From the NCBI RefSeq assembly GCF_006345805.1, contig NC_042998.1:88846001-88910000 (forward strand): a DNA stretch of 64,000 nt. Direction: 5' to 3'. The DNA is from Octopus sinensis. Taxonomy: Eukaryota. The translations under genes were made by a program, and so were the position numbers. The notes under the pieces are model-generated. The model was not told the DNA's origin, searched no databases, and saw only the letters and a program-made list of their open reading frames with translations. Each line of letters starts with the position of its first letter. Position 1 is the first letter of the stretch. Below are positions 25,110-36,740 of the stretch, one piece after another.

Positions 25110-26801
25110 AAATATTACATCTGATGATGTAACAAATAGTTATGCACGAATAGAGTTCAGGTTAACTTGCTACCTAAACTCCAACTTGAAATGCAACTAA
25201 AAATGCAGGGTCGTTATAGCTGTCTAATGAAGATTGGCTATAGGCAGTGTTTCAATTAAGCATGTACATGAGTAATAGAATAAAAGTATAAACAGGCAAA
25301 CAACTGGTACCAGGCCAGAGTATGACATATATTTAAACATTGACACAATATGAGGTTAGAACTGAATGCCACAAGAGTTTACATCACAGTAAGTGGATAA
25401 GATATTGTTTGAGGAATATTTGTAATGTTATGGTATATGTTAGTTTTCTCCCAGAACAATTTATCTGGTAAATCTGAGTTGCTAGTATTACATAAAGCTG
25501 GTTATGTTAGGCTGAATCTAAATCTGAATGAGAAGAAAGAAAAAAAAAGTGTGCAGCTAGTCTTTTTCAGAATAAATGTGCAGATGGTGCATTTTACTGC
25601 AAGCATTTAGCACCCAACATTATGTCTTTTCCATATGTCATCAGTTACAGTGTGTGTATGTCATTATCATTGTTTTAACATCCACTTTTCCATGCTTTCA
25701 TGTATCAGACAAAATTTGTTAGGGTATATTTTATATCACTGGATGCTCTTCTTGTCACCAGCCCTCACATGATTTCAAGCAAATTAATATTTCCCCTAAC
25801 ATTCTAAACACAACACAATGAACAGAATATTTACACAAGATTTCAAATGATAATACCTCTTGTTATGTTTGTTTACAATTAACAGATGTTAAGTCATGAA
25901 TATATACACTCACACACACATAAACGTTTACAAGATATGTCTATATAATGAACCTTTTTTTAGTTTTCTTCTACCAAATTCACTCACAAGATTTGGGTTA
26001 GCCCAGTAGCTATAATAGAAGACGAAGGCCAATGTTCCATGCTATGGGATTGAACTTGAAACTATATGGTTGCAAACCCTTCTTGCTGAACCACTAAGTT
26101 ACAGGGACATATACACACCAACAGTCATCAAACAATGATGGGTATAAAGATACAGACAGACAGACACATACACACACACACATTTATACATCTATATATA
26201 ATGACAGGCTTCTTTCAGTTTCTGTCTACCAAATCCACTCATAAGTCTTTGGTAGGCTTGAGGCTATAGTAGAACACTTGCTTAAGGTGCCACGCTATGG
26301 GACTGAACTTGGAACCTCACCTGCACCTATAGGAAAAGTTATCAAACTAATTTAGAAATTTAGAAATTGATAAATCCAAAACTATCTGAATTATTTTATG
26401 AATTTCTGTCAGTCTGATTCCTTATTTCAAAACATGTAAATTATATAGTAATAATTTAAGTGGTTGGATGGATTTAGCATCTATGCTCAGCATAGAGGCA
26501 CTGAACCCTTCTGTGTCCTTAATTATAACTGTATTCTATACTATTATAAATGTATCTCTCTCTCTCTCTCTTTCTTTTCATATATATATATATATATATA
26601 TATGTGTATATATGTATATGTGTATATATGTATATGTGTATATATGTATATGTGTATATATCGTCGTCGTTTAACGTCCGTTCTCCATGTATATGTGTAT
26701 ATATATATATATGTATATATGTATATGTGTATATATATATATATGTATATGTGTATATATGTATATATATATATATATGTATATATGTATATGTGTATAT
26801 A

Positions 26802-26834
<33 letters not shown>

Positions 26835-27067
26835 ATGTGTATCATCATCATCGTTTAACATCCGTTTTCTGCGGATGTTAAACGATGATGATGTATATAT
26901 GTATGTATATATATGTATATATATGTATGTATATATATATATGTATGTATATATATGTGTGTGTGTGTGTGCATACAAATATATATGTTTGTATACATAT
27001 ATATGTGTGTGTATACATATATATATGTGTGTATACATATATATGTGTATACACATATATATGTATG

Positions 27068-27114
<47 letters not shown>

Positions 27115-27119
<5 letters not shown>

Positions 27120-27740
27120 CATCATCATCGTTTAACATCCGTTTTCCATGCTAGCATGGGTTGGATGGTTCAACTGGGGTCTGGGAAGCCAGGAGGCTGC
27201 ACCAGGCTCCAGTCTGATCTGGTAGTGTTTCTACAGCTGGATGCTCCTCCTGATGACAACCACTCTGGGAGTGTAGTGGGTGCTTTTTACGTGTCAGAGG
27301 AGGCTGGCAATGGCCACGATTGGTTGGTGGTTGTTACAAGCCACCGACACGGAAGCCAGTGAAGGCGGCACTGGCATCAGCCACATACGGATGGTGCTTT
27401 TTAGGTGCCACGGCCACAGGTGCCACGGCCACAGGTGCCACGGCCGCTGGGGTAGGCTGGCAATGGCCATGACCTGTTGGTGCTTTTTACGTGCCACCAG
27501 CACGGAAGCCAGTCAAGGTGGCGCTGGCATCGGCCACATATGGATGGTTCATTTTACGTGCCACCAGCACAGGTATCACAACTACAATTTCCATTTGATT
27601 TTTTGATGTTGATGTACTTGACTCAATAGGTCTCCTCAAGCAAAGCAGGTTGCCCTACGATCCAAGGTAAGTACAGCAGGCCGTCCTGCGATCCAAGGCA
27701 CTTTGGAAGGGCTGGGGCTTCTATGTGAAGCTGGTGCAAG
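27115..27740 (-). mobile_element. SINE with internal GGCACGTAAAAAGCACC-type tandem repeats
   Basis: GGTGCTTTTTACGTGCC-like units repeated ~27279-27570; the same unit is on the + strand at 36535-36740 and 63760-63985. Confidence 0.75.
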
Positions 27741-27764
27741 AAACAGTCATTAACTCAAAGGATG

Positions 27765-28110
27765 TCACGAGACGTGTACAACAAAAAAATACGAAGCATG
27801 AGTACATGAACCATGAACTATTCTATCGAACAAAGAAAGACACAAAACAAACAACATAAAGAATGACCCTTCATCAGTTGTTGACTGTTTTTCTAGTCTC
27901 GTATTTTTAGCATTTAACAACAATATATGCTTTCAATAAAACAGTTACTCCCTTGAAGCAAATTAAATAAAATTTGGGATTTTGCGAAGGGGTGAAATTG
28001 GTTACACAAACAGGACAGTGAAAACAAGCAGGAAGAGCTGCTAAGCCTAAATGCGGTTGTGGTGGCAAATGTGTAAATCAAGCTTGAACAGGAGACAAAC
28101 AAGAACATAT
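27765..28110 (-). repeat. Unclassified interspersed repeat with AACTGATGAAG box, loosely similar to 52225-52510 (+)
   Basis: Shared box followed by T/G-rich sequence; possibly of Penelope-like origin. Confidence 0.35.
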
Positions 28111-28266
28111 CTTATGTATGTGTATATATATCTTTATATTTAGCAGAAGCAACAGAGTGACTTTACACATGAAACTTTTAGCCCTTGAGTCAACTGTTGC
28201 TTCTGCTAAATATTAATAAAAATACATATACACTCATATTTTGAGTTCTATTTTTACTGTTTGCAT

Positions 28267-28313
<47 letters not shown>

Positions 28314-31300
28314 CATACATACACACACAGACAATGGGCTCCAGTGCAGTTTCCATGGAAAATGGTGAAAAAGCAACTGAAGCTTAAAAAAAATGGTAAA
28401 TGCAGTCTCAGATTTCTAAATTAAACTAAAGTTAGCAAGTAATTGTCTCCTGTAGTCACTGATGCAAAACAATACTCATCAACCAATATGGCTTGCCTTT
28501 TATCACATATCTGAATATATGGTGACTTTTAATTATTCTGATCATGAAATATGCTTTTTCTTTACATAATTGTATATAGTTGGCAAATGCTGATGACACA
28601 ACACTTTGTGTCATATTCCATCATTACAACTGTTACTGCTCCATGTTACGGTTTTATCTTAAGTCTTCATATGAAGCACATTTGTTCTCCTACTTATGAG
28701 TTACAACATTTAGAAGAATAAAGCAAAAACAAAACAATAAAAACGAAACAATCAACTTCATGATATGAATTAATTCCAGGCACAGCTGTGTAGTTACAAA
28801 GCTCACTCTTCAGACATGTGGTTTCAGGTTCAGTCCTGCTATGAGCAAGTTGTCTTCTACTATAGCCTTGAATTGACATATGCATTGTGTGTGTGAATTT
28901 GGTATACAAAAACTGTATGGAAGCTCATCACATACATATGTGTGTGTGTATATCTACATATATATATATAACTTATGAACAAGGGCAAAAGAAAAATTAT
29001 TCCTATGCCAATATGCTGAGAACAGACATTTAAATCGTCAATTTCCAGATTTCATTTTACAATCACTATAAATACACATGCTGAAATTGAGGAAAGTTAG
29101 CTAACAGAATTTTTTAAAAAAGTTCATTATTTCTATATTAAATCAATTTCGGGATTAATTCTATGTATCCTTCTCTCTTCAGTAGAAAATACGATAAGAA
29201 ATAAATTAAATATTTACAAGCACCCATGGAAAAAAGCTTAAGCAAGAGTCATGAGTACCCCAGTTATATCTAGGTATTTTAATATGCTGCCACTTTTAAT
29301 AAAAATTTTTTCTGAAAATTTTTTTATCCTATATTAGTAGTAGATTTATTACCATTCACTTAGGGACTAGTAACCACTATAAGCTGTGGTTCAGAATAGT
29401 TCACACATGTGCTGAGGCTGGCTAAAGGATTTTACATTTAGATATAACTAACTCTACAGTATGTCATATATGCCCATTACCCATTTTTCATCTTTGATTT
29501 CATTGTTTTTGTTTTCATCAGGCGTCTCGGATACAAAATGTCATAACAAAATCAGTGCCAGCTATCCAAATGGGGCAGCCATGTATCTCTTCTACATCAG
29601 GACCCCTTTCTCTATCCATCTATTATACTTTAACCTCTCACCAACTGATATAAAGCCACTGCCTTCATTACTATTCTCCCTCCCAGTTGAGGGGTCTTTG
29701 TGTTGCAAGATACTTGATCATCCAGTTGGTGCTGGTGCCATGTTAAAGGCACCCACCCAGTGCACTCTGTAAAGTGGGTGGCATTAGGAAGGGTGTCCAG
29801 TTGTAGAAACCAAGTCAAGCAGATAATAGGGCTTGGTACAGTCCTCTGGCTCACCAGCCAGCTCCTGTCAGACTGTCCAAACCATGCCAGCATGGATAAC
29901 AGGTGTTAGATGATGATGATGATGAGGATGACGACAACGATGAAGAATTATTATTGTAATGAAAAAAAAATAACTTCATAAAGCATATTCTGTCAGAATT
30001 ACTTAGAATACCATTATGATATTTTTCTTTTTTATTCTCGCTGAAGAAAATGGCTCCTAGGGTAAACATGATGGTTAGGACACCAAGTTATTGAGAGTAT
30101 ATTATGTTTTTACAGCATATTGACTCCAATTATGAGATGTTTCAACATTGACATATCACTTAGAGTGGCATAAATTTTTTCCCCCTCTATCTAGGACTTT
30201 CTTTGCCATTTTATTACTTTCTGCTGATCAAATATTGCTTTTCTTGCAGCATACCTAATTTTGACTCTAACAAGTGCAAAATGTAATATATAATTTATAT
30301 GATACAGCTCTGTTAACATCTGTGACTGACTATCAATTTCAATGTGGGAGATGATAGTCTTTATATGTAGCCAGCTTAATTTAATGATTTTGGTTGAATT
30401 GAAGATACAACCATAAAAAAGAATTTCTAGAGATTTGTTCTAGGTATTGGTATCTTTTTATGCAGTAATAAAATAAATGTATGGCCTCGTTTTGAATCTT
30501 GGAAAAGAATGAATATCATGAACTACATTTTGCTTTCCACTCACAGTAAAGCTTCATATTTTCTCTTTCTATTATAAGGCTTCATATTTAATTAAGTGAA
30601 TATCTTGTTTTAGTTTTCAAATATTTATCAGAAATATTATTGAAATGTTCATTTAAATACCCAATTGTAAGTGAAACCAGTTTAATTTAAAATTAAACTC
30701 TCTAGCTCAGTGATTTCACTGAGTTACTTGGGAAATATTCTCAGCTGAGTCATTACTTGAGGGAATACATCTAAACTTTAAGGATATTATTTCAAAGTAA
30801 ATTTTCATATTACAATATCTGGTTATATCAAGCCCCATTTTTTTAGTATTTTCTAATCAAGATGCATTATGATAATTGCAGTAATTATAGCAGCTACTAC
30901 CAGAAAAAAATGCTTTCACTAAAATTTATAAAAAAGTAAAGAAGAAAAAGAAAAAAGTTTCCATTTCAAATTGTTGTAAAACCATTTTCATAGGAAATTA
31001 AATTTTTCTGTTTTATTAAGAAACAACCACCCTGATTTTGGTCACTCTAGCTTAGTCAGCATAGCATGCCATTATCAGAATGAAGTAGTTCTCTTAGCAA
31101 AGGAAATAACAGATTTTTCACATTCTTCATGCTCATTTTGTAGGTGATTGTGCTTTCATTAACATGTTTTAATGATTTGTTTGTTTTGTGGTTTGTAGGT
31201 TAGAGAGTATATCAGAAGCAGAAAAAAATTATTCTAGCTCTTACATTTTTATTATTTTCGATTGAAGTAGTTTCTTAGTGAATTCTATTTTCCCACTCTT

Positions 31301-31645
31301 TTCTGTTCTTTAGTTAGAGATCTCTGATATATTAGAAAAGTATTGAAAACATTCCCTTTGCTCATTCCTATTACATCAACTCTTATACTTGTTCTATTCT
31401 ACATTTTATATGGCATCAATCAGATAGGGCTTCTTGTTATTTCCATAAGATATTTTACCATTATCCCCTATCCTCAACTTTTTATTTATATAGCATGCCA
31501 TCATATATTCTTCTGAACAAGACTGTTGTCTTCTGTTCGCCTTTTAAAATATTTATTTTGATTAGAAGTTATTTACTTGAACCACGAAGAAATAACCTTA
31601 ATCCATATAAAAAAACTTTTTAAAGTTATCTTGACAGAAGTGTAA

Positions 31646-31862
31646 CTTTTCTGATACCAACCAGTTTGAAACCATCTCTGGTTCTATGATACAAATGTCT
31701 CTTTTCATAGATTTAAATTAAAATCTTCCATCAAAATTTCATGCTAGTTTATGTTTCAAACACCAGATTGATAATGATGAACTTATTTTACTAAATTCTT
31801 CATTTTCAAAATTAATTGAAATGAAGGTAGTGTATTTCAATGGAAATAGAGTAACAAGAGAG
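31646..31862 (+). mobile_element. TTAA MITE family 2 (diverged)
   Basis: Similar along its length to 32721-32942. Confidence 0.75.
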
Positions 31863-32338
31863 TTAAATGAGCAAAAATGTTTCATCTGTTACAAATAACA
31901 ACTTTATGGAGTGAAAATTCTTCACAAGAGATAAACTGTTTTATGATGTCAAAATAATGTTGGTATGTTACTTTAGTAACAGGTTGAAAAAATACCATAA
32001 ATTGTTCTCTTTTGTATTTATCAATGAAACTAAGATGAAATGAAAGAAAGAAGAAAGAATATTGGACATTTTTTTTTTAATACTTGAGTCAAAACCCATC
32101 AAAAAACAATGTGACCTCTTTTCAGGTTTTTTGCTCATTGATCTGATTGCTTGCAACAAAGTGGATTCTACTAAAGGTACCCAAGGGTTTGGGATGGTAT
32201 GATACCAGGAATTACAACCGTGTTTCGTGGTCTGCTACCACAACAGCTCCTTTATAGGATCCAGTTAGCTCACGACATCATCCTCCTGATGATGTCTTGA
32301 GCTAATTGGATTCTATAAAGGAGCTTTTGTAGTAGCAG

Positions 32339-32542
32339 GGCCTTATCTGGCCCTATTTTCTACCTATTTTATATTCAAACCAGTCAGATCTGGTCTCTCA
32401 CACCTACCCTACAATGTCATTCTAAAAACAAACCATCACATTATCACATTGTGAAAATCTCAAAGCTATCATATATTGCATGATGAATTCAAAACAATGT
32501 AAATAAATAAATATTATGTTTGATAATCTGAATGCTAAAGGG
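32339..32542 (+). mobile_element. TTAA MITE family 1, 5'-truncated
   Basis: Ends ...AATCTGAATGCTAAAGGG|TTAA; similar to 34422-34641. Confidence 0.8.
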
Positions 32543-32720
32543 TTAAATATATCCCCCAAAGACTGGAATAGTCTTTCCAAAAGGGTTCTGTATAGTTTCC
32601 ATCTACTAAATTACATTCACAAGGTTTTAGTCAACTTAAGACAATGGTTGAATATTCTTGCTGAAGGAGCCTTGCAGTAGAATTGAACTCAAATCCATAT
32701 GGTTGTGAAGCAACCATTAA

Positions 32721-32942
32721 CCCTTTTGATGCTGACCCAGCTGAAACCACCCCTGGCTCTGTAGTACAAATGTCTTGTTTTCATAAGTTTTTAATTAAAA
32801 TCTTCCACCAAACCTTAGTCACAATTTATGCTCTTAGCACAAGCTTAATGATAACTAGATTATTTTACTAAATTCTTTGTTATATTCAATATTAATTGGA
32901 AGAAACACAGAGCATCTCAAAATAAATACAGTAACGAAAGGG
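32721..32942 (+). mobile_element. TTAA MITE family 2 (piggyBac-type ends) inserted in a SINE
   Basis: TTAA|CCCTTTTGAT ... GTAACGAAAGGG|TTAA with TTAA duplicated at both ends; SINE sequence on both sides. Confidence 0.9.
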
Positions 32943-34421
32943 TTAATCATGCAATTATGCCCATCCTCTTGTTACTATCAATCTGTTTAGTCTGTTTGTC
33001 TTTTGTTCTTTTAATCTATCTCAAAATAAAGCAATTGGTAGCACACCTAATTTCATATGCATCAAAATAACATGAAAATATTCAGTTTCAAGTCCCTTTC
33101 TTAGTAACTGAGATATTATGCTATAAATATTGATGTTTTACAGTATTGTTGCTTTCAGTTTTTACCATGTTCTGTTTGCAAAAACACTAAGCAGTGCCTC
33201 AAATAGACTTTTAGACTTCTGGTATTTAGTAAACCAGTTGGCATTACCAAAAACATTGAATCACAAAACATTTGTCATAAAAGTTTGTGAATAAAAATTG
33301 AAATGCAGTGATGCAACACCACTGAGTATTATTGTGTTTTTAATGTCAATTTTGATTTTGGCAGGTCATCAGCATATGCACTGAAACAGTGTTTACATGT
33401 ATGGTTACTAGGAAAGCTTAAACAAATATTATGAATTGCTGTGTGGGAGTTGAGGGAATGAAATAGTTGTTAGTAACTGAGACAATGAATGAACTTTTAG
33501 AACATTAACTGAGATATAAATGACAATGATGTACAGAATGGTGCTTATGAAAATGCTTTAATGGGGTACAAGATAACATATTTATTTAAAAGAAAGCATT
33601 GTTGATTGTATGACATTGCTATTTATTTTGTTAACCTTAGAAGTTTGAAATAATGTCAACAGTAGCAAGATATTAATTTACAATAATTAGGCATCAGGTA
33701 AGTTATAGTAAGCTACTCAAATTTCTGTTCTTCCATAACAATTATCTTTACTGGTGACTTTGGTGGAGACGTGCTTCAGAAGTATAAGAGTTACCAAACA
33801 AGTGAAAACTTTAGCATTTAAGGAAATAGTTGTGTGTTGGTGATGAGTTATAAAATAATTGGTGAGAACAATTATAAAATTGGGACTCTAGGTTTTTCAG
33901 GTCAGTTCCTATTCTTGATATACAATTTATTGCTTATGTATTTGCTTACTGATGATATTAACCTCATAAAGTACCTTAAAAACTATAAGTTAGTTGTTGC
34001 TGTTGTTTAGCTCTAAGTCAACCTGATCATGCTGACTGTTGATTAAAGATACTTCAGTCGTAGCTATCTCTTCAATCTTTTTTATATTTGTGATTATAGT
34101 GCCAAATCTATCCTCCTTTATTTAAAATATGCAGGGCATGATGTAAGGAAAATTTTGCTGTTGTTTTAGCCAGCTGAGTCACTCTATAGAGGCTCATTCA
34201 CTTGTTTAGGCTGGACAGATTGATTAAACATCTGGTTCTCAATATTTACTGCAAAATCTACTTGTTATATCTTTATGATAGCTGAGGTTGTTTTGTAAAA
34301 AAAGTTTCCAGTTATGTGAATGATTTAATTAATTGTAGTCTAATTTTTAAATGCATGTTAAACAATTATAAACTCCAATCTAAGATAATAAATACAGGAA
34401 GAACACTGACATAAGACTTAA

Positions 34422-34641
34422 CACTTTAGCATTTAAACCCACTACATTTGGCCCACATGTTCTACCTGTTTTATGTTCAAACCAGCTAGATCTGGCCTCT
34501 TGCACCTACCCTACAATAGGATTCTAGAAATATACAGTCATATCATTGAATTCTTAAAGCTTTGAGATAATGCATAATTAATTCAAAACAATGTGAATAA
34601 ATAAGGATTACATTTGACAGAATAATTTGAATACTAAAGGA
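34422..34641 (+). mobile_element. TTAA MITE family 1
   Basis: TTAA|CACTTTAGCATTTAAAC ... TTTGAATACTAAAGGA-TTTAA. Confidence 0.85.
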
Positions 34642-35621
34642 TTTAAACAATTAACTATTTGTCAGGTGACCAAGTATTGCTAGTGGTAGTGGGCCTGTTG
34701 CTCTTTTCAGTTGCAAATTGATGCTTATAATGTCTAATTTCATTTTACATTCACAATCTTACAAGTTAATTCCCTCATAAGTTAAAAATAGGCTGCACAC
34801 TAATTGGTTTGCCCTAATTAACAATGTTACTTAATAGCAATGAAATCAAAAGCAGTCTCAAGAACTGACTGATAGTTTATGATGTAATATTAATATCACC
34901 GTGCAAATGTTCTATAATTTCTTGTAAAAGAATTTATAAAGAATGCAAGAACTTTGTTTTAATGATCAGCAATGACAAAGAGTAGTTTTGTGTCATTAAT
35001 TTTGTGCTCCAAGGAAAAAAGCTAAGGCATGACCTTGTCCATTCTCGGGATGAAGTATAGGTAAAGAAAGAAAGAAAACATACTAAAAGGACCAAACATA
35101 TTATAACATGAATTCAAGTTCCATTCCAGTGTATGTTGACATACTTGTGGGTATGATTAATTAAAGTACTATGCAGACTCAGCTGTAAAAGAGAGAACAG
35201 ACTTACATTTTTCAAGGATGAAAATATTTCAGATATTCTCAGAATTTGATAAAATTAATCATAAAAAAAATTAAAAAGGAAAAGAAAAGAAATCTGGATG
35301 TTTTCAAAGCTGAATTTTTAGTTTTAAGGAAATAATAGGCTTTAATATTGTGCAGTCTCTTTTTAGTTATTTTTGGATTGCTACCAGTTATTTCTATACA
35401 AATGAAAATTTGCCAGTCACATCCTTACAGTACACCTACATGTTATCACAATTATAAACTAAAACTCCAAAAATATAAACTTAACTAAAATATATTAAAT
35501 TTCAAATTTAATAATAATATTTTATACTAAAAGATAACTTTTTTTATAAACGAAAGACAAAGACCTAATTTCTTGAAATAACTAGATATAGAGAAATCTT
35601 GGCACAGCATTGGATTTTAGT

Positions 35622-35652
<31 letters not shown>

Positions 35653-36534
35653 TTTGACATTTGAGAATAATAACAGAAATTTATGTGCTTTTATAAGATG
35701 CAAGAATGGAAAGAATAAATACATAACTTGAAGGATTTGCAAATATATATCAATACATTTGAATAAAAAATAAGTTATTTATATTTTCTGGAATTCACTG
35801 TAAACTATACATGTTGATTTTATTATTAAATACCAGGTTACTTAGACAATAAAATGTTTTATTGCTCAATCCATCTTTGCTGACCATGTAATTTAAAAAA
35901 AAATAATATATCGATTTTGCATGTTGATTTAAAAAAAAAAAAGAACTTCAAAATTACACACAACCTTTACTGCTATTTAAAATAAGCATTTCCATAAAGA
36001 GTAACATACAAACATGCCCTTTGTGACCATGCATGCTTTCCTTCACACACATAAGTCTGTCTTCTGGCAAAACTTCTCCACTGCCCATCTTCCCAACATT
36101 GCCACCACCCACTGCAGGTCCTTTCACTCTCTCTCACATGCCTATCCACAACCTCTCCATGCTTCTACATGTCCACCATACCCCACCAGCCACTCCAATT
36201 CCTCTTGCCATCACTTGCTATTTATAATTATTTCTCATCTCATGCTCTTATGGAACATCTCCTTTATTCCCTCTGCACTACTTATACTCCCCATGGGTTG
36301 GCCCTCTCTGTCATTCTGACTTCTCTCTATTTTTCTCTCAAACGTTCTCTCACTTCCCTTTCCTCCCTTGTCCTATTGGGGTTGCCAAGTATCTCTCCTT
36401 TTGTAAGACAGCTATCCCTGTCCCTCTATCATACTCCAACATCTTGCCTAGCACATGGCCATTTCTCTTGGTTCCTCTCCATCTCAGCTGAGAGGCCTTG
36501 TGTTGCGAGCTGTTTGGTGACCCCATGGGTGCTG

Positions 36535-36740
36535 GTGCCACATAAAAAGCACCTGTGCTGATACCATCTAAAATGCATCTATGCTGACACCATGTAAAAA
36601 GCACGTGTGATGGTGCTATGTAAAAAGCACCCATGCTGGCACCACCTGAAAAGCACCCATGCTGGGCACCATGTAAAAATCACCCATACTGGTGCCATGT
36701 AAAAAGCACCTGCGGTGACAGCACATGAAAGGTACCCACT
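36535..36740 (+). repeat. Minisatellite-like array of ~30-bp units with core CCATGTAAAAAGCACC inside a SINE
   Basis: About seven degenerate units visible. Confidence 0.85.

Noticed and set aside
25115-25165. Possible second hammerhead (CTGATGA...GTTATGCACGAAT)
   Set aside because: GAAA box is broken and stems I and II do not pair properly; at best a dead relic
29522-29650. Strong-looking acceptor followed by an open frame (ASRIQNVITKSVPAIQMG...)
   Set aside because: No recognisable homology and no clear donor; cannot be supported without RNA data
32286-32292. CTGATGA at the palindrome centre as a hammerhead core
   Set aside because: No stem II-GAAA follows
33761-33790. VETWLQKYK-like peptide resembling hyccin VEEWLSEFK
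   Set aside because: Needs a frameshift and lacks a proper donor
36535-36740. Repeat-spacer-like array suggesting CRISPR
   Set aside because: Eukaryotic SINE-internal minisatellite; spacers are short and similar to each other; no cas genes
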